A stretch of 64,000 nucleotides of DNA from Planctomycetaceae bacterium. GTDB lineage: Bacteria > Planctomycetota > Planctomycetia > Pirellulales > Thermoguttaceae. The stretch is from the NCBI GenBank assembly GCA_004556055.1, contig SFIW01000001.1, positions 58,996-122,995 on the forward strand, given 5' to 3'. The number at the start of each line of letters is the position of its first letter. Position 1 is the stretch's first letter. Both the position numbers and the translations under genes were made by a program. The notes below the pieces were generated by a model. The model saw only the letters and a program-made list of their open reading frames with translations, had not been told where the DNA came from and did no database searches. Of the stretch, positions 9,995 through 18,603 are shown piece after piece.

Positions 9995-10025
9995 ATGAAA
10001 AAGGGACGTGGTAAAAACGTCCCTT
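9995..10025 (-). terminator. intrinsic terminator after the HAD gene
   Basis: The minus strand reads AAGGGACGT-TTTTACC-ACGTCCCTT followed by TTTTCAT. Confidence 0.6.
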
Positions 10026-10037
10026 ACTTAAGTCCGC

Positions 10038-10778
10038 TCATTCGTCCTCTTCTGGACCTGGCGCGTCCGACGACTCTTCCTTTTGGGGCTGATTGTCGAT
10101 CGTCCACGCTTGCAGTTTTTCTTTCCAGTCGGCGTCCTTGTAACGCGACGGCAACGGCAAATTCGTCTGTTTGTAATTTTCAAGGAAGCTATCAAAATCT
10201 ACGTAGTGGATCGTCTGGAAGCCAAACTTTGCGGCCCCCTCGATATTCCCTTCCAAATCGTCAATGAATAATACCTCTCCGGGCTGAAGATCTGGAATTT
10301 CTCTTTTGGCTTCCTCGAAAGCCGCCTCGTAAATTTCACGGAACGGTTTAAGGGTCTTTACCTTATGACTTGCGACACGGTGAGCGTCAAAGGCGTTCCA
10401 TATCTGAGGAAAGGCGTTTTCCACATAACTCCAGTGCGCGTCGTTCGTGTTTGAGAGGATTCCTCGAGGAAAATTCAGCTTCGCAAGCTTTTTGAGAATT
10501 GGCATTATCAGGTCGTTTGTCCAGAAAATGTCGTTCATCGCGTTCAAAAAGTCGTCAAGGTTCGGTTTGGCTGACAGTGTTGAACAAACCTCGTCGTAAT
10601 ATTCCTGAGTCGTCGTTTCTCCGCAGGAATAAACGCGGTATCTCTGGTCGTTGAATAGACTTTCACATACCTCCGCCTCCGGTTTGTTCAAGAGTTGCGC
10701 CAACTGAAAACAGAGTCTGTGGAGACTGAAGTGCAATAGAACGTTTCCCAGGTCAAAATATACAAATCGAATCGCCAT
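10038..10778 (-). CDS. HAD-superfamily hydrolase
   Basis: N-terminal FDLGNVL motif I. SNT motif (GILSNTND). FIDD motif near the C-terminus. Confidence 0.7.
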   Translation of the reverse strand: MAIRFVYFDLGNVLLHFSLHRLCFQLAQLLNKPEAEVCESLFNDQRYRVYSCGETTTQEYYDEVCSTLSAKPNLDDFLNAMNDIFWTNDLIMPILKKLAKLNFPRGILSNTNDAHWSYVENAFPQIWNAFDAHRVASHKVKTLKPFREIYEAAFEEAKREIPDLQPGEVLFIDDLEGNIEGAAKFGFQTIHYVDFDSFLENYKQTNLPLPSRYKDADWKEKLQAWTIDNQPQKEESSDAPGPEEDE

Positions 10779-11048
10779 GAGCCGCCTTTCTGCAATTATC
10801 GCAACGGCTTTCAGCGCCGCTACAACCGCTCTAAATTCGCGAAATTAAAACGAAGTACGCCATATTATAAGGATTTTCTACTTCTTTGAAAATAGGGTTA
10901 TAGAGATTTGGACGACAAGTAAAGCCCGATAAATCTTCCCCCTTGTAAATAGGGACGCGGTGATAAAATGAGAAGGATGTACTTCGCATAATTTGCTTTC
11001 GACTTTTCGTTTCGAAGCAAACTAAGGCGACTTATTGAAGGCTATGAA

Positions 11049-11408
11049 ATGAAGTATGCGTTGCAATTTAGTATCATTTTGGCCGTCGCCCTCGTCGGCG
11101 AACTCCTGCGGGCTGTAATACCGGCGCCGATACCTGGGAGCGTCTATGGGCTCGTCGTTCTGTTTATCTGTCTGTCGTGCGGGATTATTCGCGTTTCGTC
11201 GATTGAAGATTCTTCGAAGATCTTGCTGGAATTACTTCCGCTGACGCTTGTTCCCGCTGCGGTTGGAATCGTTGATTCTCTTGACGTCCTTAAAAGCATG
11301 GCGATTCCCGTCGTTTTGCTCGCAACGATAGGAACTGCGCTCGTAGGCGTAGCCGCCAGCGGCGCTGCGGAAGGGATCATACGTTTTTCGAAGAGGGGAA
11401 AGAAGTGA
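11049..11408 (+). CDS. CidA/LrgA-family holin-like membrane protein
   Basis: 119 aa with 4 hydrophobic helices. Immediately precedes an LrgB-like gene, with a 4-nt GTGA overlap. Confidence 0.75.
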   Translation: MKYALQFSIILAVALVGELLRAVIPAPIPGSVYGLVVLFICLSCGIIRVSSIEDSSKILLELLPLTLVPAAVGIVDSLDVLKSMAIPVVLLATIGTALVGVAASGAAEGIIRFSKRGKK

Positions 11409-12121
11409 ATTCAACTTGGGACGCCTTGAAAGTTCTACCCTACGAAAGTCGTTATCTGTGCTTGCTAGTAACGGTTGGAACGTATTTGATCGGTCGCGCT
11501 ATCCAGCGACGCTATAAGAGCTCTGTTGTCAATCCGATCCTCATTTCCATCGGATGTTCTATCCTTGGTTTGGTCGTGTTTAGAATTGACAACAAGACTT
11601 ATCAACAGGCGACCTCCGGACTCTCGCTTCTGATGACCCCCGCGACGATTTGCCTTGCGGTTCCACTGTATCGTCAATTCGAATTGGTCAAGGCGAATTG
11701 GAGAGCGGTTCTTGGCGCATGTTTGACGGGCGTTCTTTGCAACTTCCTGTTGGTTTGGCTTGTTTCGCGCGCCTTCTGTCTTGAATATGAACAGTATGTG
11801 ACGCTTCTTTCGAAATCGATTACGATCCCTATCGGCGCCGACGTAACGCAAGAGCTCGGCGGGGTAGTCCCGATTACCTGCGGAATCATTTCTTTCACAG
11901 GAATTATGGGAAATGTTTTAGGTTCGTCGATCATGAGCCGTTTGGGTATTGTCTCGCCCCTTGCTCAAGGGCTTGGAATCGGCGTCAGTTCCCACGCGAT
12001 GGGGACGGCGAAGGCGCTTGAACTGGGGGAGACGCCAGGCGCCTTCAGCGGACTCGCGATCGGTCTAACGGGCGTTTGCACGGTTCTATTAGCTCCCCTT
12101 GCGGCGTCGCTTCCCTTATGA
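11405..12121 (+). CDS. LrgB/CidB-family membrane protein
   Basis: 238-aa polytopic protein. The GTG start overlaps the stop of the preceding gene, the classic LrgAB pairing. Confidence 0.75.
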   Translation: MNSTWDALKVLPYESRYLCLLVTVGTYLIGRAIQRRYKSSVVNPILISIGCSILGLVVFRIDNKTYQQATSGLSLLMTPATICLAVPLYRQFELVKANWRAVLGACLTGVLCNFLLVWLVSRAFCLEYEQYVTLLSKSITIPIGADVTQELGGVVPITCGIISFTGIMGNVLGSSIMSRLGIVSPLAQGLGIGVSSHAMGTAKALELGETPGAFSGLAIGLTGVCTVLLAPLAASLPL

Positions 12122-12176
12122 CGAAGGATCAAATTTAACAAACAAAACCTCTTTATCTTGAAAGGTGTTGTAGCTT

Positions 12177-12845
12177 ATGTCGAATCGTTTCGTAGCGGCG
12201 AAGCGCGTGGCGCTTTGCGCTCTCGGAATTTTATTAGTGAGTTTTGGCGTTGCCTTGACGGCGAGTAGTAATCTTGGAACGTCCCCGATCTCTTCTGTCG
12301 CGTGGGTGGCGCACTGCGTTTCGGTCGAATCGGACTACTTACCTCGACTCACATTCGGAACGACAACTCTCATACTCAATTTACTCTTTTTCTTCGTCCA
12401 ATGGGCGATACAAGGGCGGTCTTTTGGGAAACTTCAATTCTTACAGATTCCCTGTACCTTTCTTTTCGGAATTCTGATCGACCTAAGCATGGCTTTATGC
12501 GCGTACCTCCCCGCGTCGTATTATCCGCTCAAGGTCATGGAGGTTGTCGTTGGATGCGCGTTCGTCGCAATGGGTTTGGCTTGCGAATTCGCCGCCGACG
12601 TCCTCTATCTCCCAGGAGACGGCGTCGTCAAGACGCTTGCAAACGCCATTAAATTGAAGATGGGCGTTATGAAGATTACTTTTGACGCGTTTCTCACCGT
12701 CTCCGCCGCCCTGATTTCCTTTCTTTTCATTGCGAAAGTTGTGGGGATTCGGGAAGGAACGTTGATCTCAGCCTTTGCGGTGGGATTCTTTTTGCGCCTC
12801 TTGCAGCCGACCTTGGATAAATTGCGCGTTTTGACGCGTCGTTAG
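12177..12845 (+). CDS. polytopic membrane protein (YczE/YitT-like, assignment tentative)
   Basis: 222 aa with about 6 TM helices. Has the LGTSPISSV and LPGDG motifs typical of this family. Confidence 0.5.
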   Translation: MSNRFVAAKRVALCALGILLVSFGVALTASSNLGTSPISSVAWVAHCVSVESDYLPRLTFGTTTLILNLLFFFVQWAIQGRSFGKLQFLQIPCTFLFGILIDLSMALCAYLPASYYPLKVMEVVVGCAFVAMGLACEFAADVLYLPGDGVVKTLANAIKLKMGVMKITFDAFLTVSAALISFLFIAKVVGIREGTLISAFAVGFFLRLLQPTLDKLRVLTRR

Positions 12846-12958
12846 TCCCCGCTTTCTTGCTTTTCCCGGCGTTGCCCGGTATATTTTCTTTAAATAGCGG
12901 ATCGTATCGAAGTGCGATCGTTTTTAGCTCCATGTTGTGAAGAGAAAGCGAGTTTTCA

Positions 12959-15163
12959 ATGCTGTGGAATACTGGAATTCGACGCGTTGCGTTATGGACG
13001 ATCGGCGTTTTAGCGGCGTTCGGTAGTTGCAGCGCGGCGCTAGCGCAAGACGCGACTCAAAAAGCGGAGAAGGTCGAAACGATCTTTGCCGATTTTAACG
13101 GGAACGATTACGGAGATTGGAAAGTTGAAGGGAGCGCCTTTGGCGACGCCCCCGTGAAAGGAACGCTTCCCGGACAAATGCAAGTTTCAGGCTTTATCGG
13201 CGACGGTCTCGTCAATTCATTCTATGGCGGGGACAAAGCAACCGGAAAGATGACTTCTCCCGAATTCCAGATTGCCCGAGATTATATCAACTTCTTGATC
13301 GGCGGTGGCGGAGTTCCCGGCGTTTGCCTTGAGCTCGTCGTCGACGGGGAAGTCGTCCGCAAGGCGTCGGGGCCCAACCTTGTACCCGGCGGAACGGAAG
13401 CTTTGGAGTGGAGCTCGTGGAACGTCGCTGATTTGAAGGGGAAAAAGGGCTTTTTCCGCATCGTCGACGAAGCGACCGGCGGTTGGGGACATATCAACGT
13501 CGACGAGATTTCCTTCAGCGATAAACGGCGCGGATTTGTCGAGTTGACGCGCGATTTGAACGTCTCGGGGCGCTATTTGACTTTGCCAATTAAGACGGGT
13601 GGCGCGGAGTCGTGGGTGCGGATCGAATGCGACGGCAAGGTTGTTCGCGAATTCACTGCGGCGATTTCTTCCTCGAATGACGAGAAGAAACCCGGCGACT
13701 TCGTTTCCTACGTCGATATGGCTCCGTATCGCGGCCAAAAGATTCGCGTCGTTGTCGAACGAATTCCCGCCGATTGCGAACTGGCTCCCTTTGGATTCGA
13801 AGAAGAATTCCATCATGGCGAAGTTGCGTACGGAGAAAAATATAGGCCGCAATTCCACTTTTCACCGCGCGTTGGGTGGATGAACGACCCGAATGGACTC
13901 GTTTTCCACGACGGCGTTTACCATCTTTTCTACCAGCACAATCCGATGAGCGTCAACTGGGGGAATATGACTTGGGGACATGCTGTTAGCCCCGATCTAC
14001 TTCACTGGACGGAAGTTGCCGACGCGCTTTATCCCGACGAACTTGGCACGATCTTTTCAGGAAGCGGGGCCGTAGACGTCAACAATACGACCGGTTTTCA
14101 GAAGGATCCCAACGGCTCTGCGCCTCTTGTTTTCATGTTTACCTACAATGGGCCGAGCATGCGCTATGGCAACCTTGCTTCTCAAGCGCTCGCCTATTCT
14201 CTGGACGGCGGCAAAACGCTCGTGAAATACGAAGGGAATCCAACGATCCCACATATCGTCGGCGGAAACCGCGACCCCAAAATTTTTTGGCACGATCCTT
14301 CTCAAAAGTGGGTATGCGCTCTCTATCTCGACGGAGAGGACTACGCGCTCTTCGGTTCGAAGGACTTGAAGAAGTGGAATGAATTATGCCGCATCGAGCG
14401 ACTTGGTTGTTCAGAATGTCCTGATATTTTCGAACTTGCGATCGACGGCGACGAAAATAATAAGGCCTGGGTGTTCTGGGGTGGAAATGGCAAATACCTT
14501 GTCGGCGATTTTGACGGACGCGAGTTTAAGAGTCGTACCGCTCCTCTTGACGCCAAATGGGGCGGCAACGACTACGCCGCGCAGACCTATTCCGACACGC
14601 CCGGACGTCGCATCCAGTTTTCATGGATGCAAGGAGGCGTTTATCCCGATAGCCCCTTCAATCAGCAGTTCACCGTGCCTCGCGAGTTGACCCTTCGTTC
14701 GACTGCGGACGGACCGCGCCTTTGCATTAACCCGGTCGTTGAAGTTGAAACCTTGAGAGGAAACGCTCTGCAACTTCAAAAGTCTGGATCCGCCGCCGAT
14801 TTTACGCTCGTTCCCCAAGAGGGCGATTCGAAAGATTACGAACTTCTCGACTGCGAAGCGGTAATTACGCTTGGCGACGAGCCTGCCGTCGTTGAACTGC
14901 GCGGACGTAAAATCTTGCTTGATCCCGCTGAGAAAAAGATGACCCACGACGGCGTCGTCGCGCCCCTCGAAGTCGTTGACGGAAACGTGAAGTTGAGGTT
15001 GATCCTCGATCGCGTTTCGCTCGAAATTTTTGCGAACGACGGCCTTTCTCAAATTGCCAAATGTTTCGTGCCTGAAGATGAAAACGACGCGCCGTTATTG
15101 CGCGTGCAGGGCGCCAAGGAGGCAAAAGCGACTATTTGGCCGATGAAGAGCGTTTGGAACTGA
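12959..15163 (+). CDS. secreted glycoside hydrolase family 32 (fructan/sucrose hydrolase type) with an N-terminal accessory module
   Basis: Signal peptide. GH32 catalytic signatures WMNDPNG, RDP (GGNRDPKIFW) and EC (CSECPDIFEL). About 290 aa of extra N-terminal sequence. Confidence 0.85.
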   Translation: MLWNTGIRRVALWTIGVLAAFGSCSAALAQDATQKAEKVETIFADFNGNDYGDWKVEGSAFGDAPVKGTLPGQMQVSGFIGDGLVNSFYGGDKATGKMTSPEFQIARDYINFLIGGGGVPGVCLELVVDGEVVRKASGPNLVPGGTEALEWSSWNVADLKGKKGFFRIVDEATGGWGHINVDEISFSDKRRGFVELTRDLNVSGRYLTLPIKTGGAESWVRIECDGKVVREFTAAISSSNDEKKPGDFVSYVDMAPYRGQKIRVVVERIPADCELAPFGFEEEFHHGEVAYGEKYRPQFHFSPRVGWMNDPNGLVFHDGVYHLFYQHNPMSVNWGNMTWGHAVSPDLLHWTEVADALYPDELGTIFSGSGAVDVNNTTGFQKDPNGSAPLVFMFTYNGPSMRYGNLASQALAYSLDGGKTLVKYEGNPTIPHIVGGNRDPKIFWHDPSQKWVCALYLDGEDYALFGSKDLKKWNELCRIERLGCSECPDIFELAIDGDENNKAWVFWGGNGKYLVGDFDGREFKSRTAPLDAKWGGNDYAAQTYSDTPGRRIQFSWMQGGVYPDSPFNQQFTVPRELTLRSTADGPRLCINPVVEVETLRGNALQLQKSGSAADFTLVPQEGDSKDYELLDCEAVITLGDEPAVVELRGRKILLDPAEKKMTHDGVVAPLEVVDGNVKLRLILDRVSLEIFANDGLSQIAKCFVPEDENDAPLLRVQGAKEAKATIWPMKSVWN

Positions 15164-15180
15164 ATTTAGGCGGATGATTG

Positions 15181-15217
15181 AGACGCGCGCTTTTTTAAAA
15201 AACGCGCGTCTTTTTTA
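15181..15217 (+). terminator. intrinsic terminator between convergent genes
   Basis: AGACGCGCG (15181-15189) / CGCGCGTCT (15203-15211) followed by TTTTTT. Confidence 0.65.
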
Positions 15218-15220
15218 TGG

Positions 15221-16294
15221 CTAGTTCTCGTCGAGTTCAATCTCTACGAGGGGATGAACTCCTCGAGTTGAAATGAATTTGCCGAAGAGAAAATCAGAAA
15301 GAAGATGACGCCCCAGGATTGAACGGACGGCAGGCCGTTCCGACGTCGAAGCGTAAAGTACGTACTGTTCCGCGCCGAGTTGTAATTTCGCGCCGAACGC
15401 GTCTTTTTTGTCGGCGACCGTTAAGTTTTCGCCCACAGTGAGAGGCGTCCAAGAGAAGTCGCGCAACGCTCGGCGTCGGTTAAAGTCGAAAAGGAGAGGG
15501 CAGAAGAGCGTCGACGTCGTGGAGACGACTCGAAAAGAGACTTTCCTCAAGTCTGCGTAAAACCTCAGATCGCCATGAGTGGATTGCTCTTGGTCGAAAG
15601 AAGGAAGACCCAGCGGAAATAAACGTGCGACGATCGTCGAAGGCGTTGACGGAACGATCTCCTTCTTCCCCTTGGACGTTTCTTTCTCTTGGTCGCTTGC
15701 CATTTCGTACGGCGAGTTTTGAGCGCGGAACAAGAGAAGGGGAGAGCGGGGATCGCGCTGAACCTTAATTTCGGAAGGAACGTCGAAGAACGCGCGTAGT
15801 TCCCGCGGAACAGGATTGGCGCGGTCCGCCGCGCTCGGAAGGAGTTCGTCGACAAGGAGAAGAATCTTTTCAGCGTACGAGAGAAGGATTCGTCTCGAAA
15901 GGAGTCGACCTCCTTCAAGCGAAAGAGACCGTTCGCAGAAGACGTACGACTTATCCAGGTCCACGCACAGCGTTTCCCAGTTTCCGACAGGGGCAAGTTT
16001 GCGTCCGTCAACTACAACGTCGACTTTCCAGTCTCCCAGAAAGATTCCTTCTCCATTTGACGCGAGTTCAATCGGAAGGCTGAGAGCGCCCGCAGAGCTC
16101 CCCGACTCTGTGAATTCGAGCAACATTTCAACTCCTTTGCCGTTTCCCTCAAATGAGTCGGAAAAGAGGCAGAAGCGTTCGTTTTGGGCAAACGCCGAGC
16201 GCACGGCGTCCTCGTGGAGTTCGCTGTTAATAGCTTCCAAAACGCGTTCGCGAAAGATTGGCGAGGAAAAAAAGGGTGTGGCGTCGTTCGACAT
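15221..16294 (-). CDS. hypothetical protein (possibly heparinase II/III C-terminal-like beta-sandwich)
   Basis: 357-aa ORF with AGGAA 6 nt upstream of the ATG. No diagnostic motif recognised. Confidence 0.5.
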   Translation of the reverse strand: MSNDATPFFSSPIFRERVLEAINSELHEDAVRSAFAQNERFCLFSDSFEGNGKGVEMLLEFTESGSSAGALSLPIELASNGEGIFLGDWKVDVVVDGRKLAPVGNWETLCVDLDKSYVFCERSLSLEGGRLLSRRILLSYAEKILLLVDELLPSAADRANPVPRELRAFFDVPSEIKVQRDPRSPLLLFRAQNSPYEMASDQEKETSKGKKEIVPSTPSTIVARLFPLGLPSFDQEQSTHGDLRFYADLRKVSFRVVSTTSTLFCPLLFDFNRRRALRDFSWTPLTVGENLTVADKKDAFGAKLQLGAEQYVLYASTSERPAVRSILGRHLLSDFLFGKFISTRGVHPLVEIELDEN

Positions 16295-16392
16295 ATCGAT
16301 TCCTAGACTAGAGGAGGCGCGGCGCGCGCGTCATGTGCCCTTCCATTGTATCAGTAAGCTCCAAGACTGAAAGAGGTTGCATTTGTCGAGCC

Positions 16393-16421
16393 TTGCGGCG
16401 ACGACGATAGCGTGGTATACT
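16393..16421 (+). promoter_or_regulatory. candidate hemL promoter
   Basis: TTGCGG (16393-16398), 17-nt spacer ending in TGG, TATACT (16416-16421). Confidence 0.4.
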
Positions 16422-16491
16422 GACGCGAGTAGCGCGGCTAATAACGCCGCGCGATTTGACATTTAGGTGAAAGAAAAGGCAGGCTTAGGCG

Positions 16492-17787
16492 ATGAATCGT
16501 AATAAGAGTCGTGAGATTTTCGAAAAAGCGTTAACTTTGATTCCGGGCGGCGTCAACAGCCCCGCGCGAGCTTTTGGCGGCGTTGGGGGAACCCCTGTGG
16601 TTTTTGAACGCGCGGAAGGTCCGTGGATGTATGACGTCGACGGTAATCGCTATATCGATTACGTCCTTTCGTGGGGCCCCATGATTCTGGGACATTGCGA
16701 TCCTCGCGTCACCGAGTCTCTTAACGCGGCGGTTGCGCACGGAACGAGCTTTGGCGCGCCGACCCTTGCGGAAAATACGCTTGCCGAACTTATTATTCGC
16801 TTGGTTCCCTCTATTGAGCGCGTTCGCCTCGTTAATTCGGGTACGGAGGCGACGATGAGCGCGATTCGCTTGGCGCGCGGTTATACAGGCCGCGACAAAA
16901 TCGTAAAATTCATCGGCTGTTATCACGGACATGTCGACAGTCTTCTCGTTGCGGCGGGAAGCGCGTGCGCGACGCTTGCCGTTCCCAACTCTCCCGGCGT
17001 TACGGCGGGTACTGCGGCGGATACTATCCTTCTCAATTACAACGACGTCGAAGGGGTTCGAAAGACGTTTGAGGAGAACGGCGATCAGATCGCGGGAGTG
17101 ATCGTCGAACCCGTCGCGGGGAATATGGGGTGTGTTCCCGGTACGCGCGAGTTCCTTGAAACGCTGCGCGAAGAGACGAAAAAACACGCCTCCGTCTTGA
17201 TTTTCGACGAGGTGATGTCCGGTTTCCGCGTCGCGCGCGGCGGAGCGCAGGAGTTTTACGGTATTACCCCTGATCTTACGACGCTCGGGAAGATCGTCGG
17301 CGGCGGATTGCCCGTGGGCGCATATGGCGGTCGCAAAGAGATTATGGACGCCGTGACGCCCGTCGGGAAAGTCTATCAAGCGGGAACGCTAAGCGGCAAT
17401 CCTCTCGCTACGGCGGCTGGGATCGCGACTCTGCGAGTCTTAGAAGCGGAGTCTGATTTCTATACGAAACTTAACGCGACGACGGCTCGTTTGGCGAAGG
17501 GTATCGAAAGGGAAGCCGCAGACGCGGGCGTCAAAGTTTCCGTCTCTCATATCGGCGGCATGTCGACAATCTTCTTCCTTTCGGAGGATGACGATTCCGT
17601 CAAAGATTGGGATTCTTCGTCGCGTTGCGATAAGAAACGTTTTGCCAAATTCTTCTGGAGCATGCTTGATTCCGGCGTCTATTTGCCGTGCAGCCAATTC
17701 GAAACGATGTTCACGTGCTCGGTTCACTCCGACGAAATCGTCGACGCGACAATCGCCGCCGCAGGAAAAGCATTCCGTTCTTTGTAA
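16492..17787 (+). CDS. hemL: glutamate-1-semialdehyde 2,1-aminomutase
   Basis: 431 aa. GGVNSPARAF, FDEVMSGFRV, PLP-lysine context TLGKIVGGGLP. Confidence 0.95.
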   Translation: MNRNKSREIFEKALTLIPGGVNSPARAFGGVGGTPVVFERAEGPWMYDVDGNRYIDYVLSWGPMILGHCDPRVTESLNAAVAHGTSFGAPTLAENTLAELIIRLVPSIERVRLVNSGTEATMSAIRLARGYTGRDKIVKFIGCYHGHVDSLLVAAGSACATLAVPNSPGVTAGTAADTILLNYNDVEGVRKTFEENGDQIAGVIVEPVAGNMGCVPGTREFLETLREETKKHASVLIFDEVMSGFRVARGGAQEFYGITPDLTTLGKIVGGGLPVGAYGGRKEIMDAVTPVGKVYQAGTLSGNPLATAAGIATLRVLEAESDFYTKLNATTARLAKGIEREAADAGVKVSVSHIGGMSTIFFLSEDDDSVKDWDSSSRCDKKRFAKFFWSMLDSGVYLPCSQFETMFTCSVHSDEIVDATIAAAGKAFRSL

Positions 17788-17809
17788 TAGCGCCGTTAAG
17801 GAGATCCTA

Positions 17810-18562
17810 GTGACTACGTCCGTTGATAACTCGCCTTCTGCCGTCGTTTCAAAACGGCGTCGAGATCTTCTAGCTCTTCTTTACACCCTCGTCTATCCGA
17901 CGCTCTTAACGTGGGGGTATTTTGTTTTAGGCAAAGGGCTCGATCCTTCAACCTCGCGACTCTGCTATACCGTGGGGAAAACGTTGCAGTTCGCTTTCCC
18001 CGCGCTCTATGTCGCTTTCGCGCTCAAAGAACGTTGGTTTATTCGACGCTTCAATACGCGCGGGCTCCTCGTCGGCGGCTTATTCGGCGTTGCGGTCGGG
18101 CTTGTCATCTTTTTAGGGGGACGTCATTTCATGACTTCTCCCGGCGTCTTCGCGGATCTTGTGGAAAGAACCGGCGTCGAGTTTCAGGAACGTTTGACGA
18201 GTTTCGGACTCGAATCAAAGGCCCTTTTTACGGTCGTTTTTCTCTTCTACTCTTTCTGTCATTCAGGTTTAGAGGAGTATTACTGGCGTTGGTTTGCGTT
18301 TAGGAGTCTAGAAAAAAGGTTTAGTTGGCTTACGTCCGCGTTGACGGCGAATATCGCTTTCGTTTTTCATCACGTCGTTATTCTTGGCGTCTATTTCGGA
18401 TACGATTCCTTCGTGACCTGGTTGTTCTCGATGAGTATAGGCGTCGGCGGATTCGTATGGCAGCTTATTTATAAGAAGACCGATTCTATCTACGGCGCGT
18501 GGCTAAGTCATGCTCTTATTGACGCAGGGATTTTTGGTCTAGGATTCTATATGCTTCCTTAA
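17810..18562 (+). CDS. CPBP-family (CAAX/Abi) intramembrane metalloprotease
   Basis: The GTG at 17810 follows AAGGAG. Motifs EEYYWRWF, FVFHHV and SHALIDA. The upstream in-frame stretch overlaps hemL and is not used. Confidence 0.75.
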   Translation: MTTSVDNSPSAVVSKRRRDLLALLYTLVYPTLLTWGYFVLGKGLDPSTSRLCYTVGKTLQFAFPALYVAFALKERWFIRRFNTRGLLVGGLFGVAVGLVIFLGGRHFMTSPGVFADLVERTGVEFQERLTSFGLESKALFTVVFLFYSFCHSGLEEYYWRWFAFRSLEKRFSWLTSALTANIAFVFHHVVILGVYFGYDSFVTWLFSMSIGVGGFVWQLIYKKTDSIYGAWLSHALIDAGIFGLGFYMLP

Positions 18563-18603
18563 TGTGAAGGAGGACTCCATAACGACGGGAAAAGAGGTTC
18601 TTT

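Noticed and set aside
17588-17809. Upstream in-frame extensions of track ORFs: the CPBP gene from 17588, the HExxH gene from 54857, rpsH from 44812, and tpiA from 33541
   Set aside because: The extensions overlap the preceding well-supported genes or cross a terminator. Internal starts with Shine-Dalgarno sequences reproduce the conserved N-termini.
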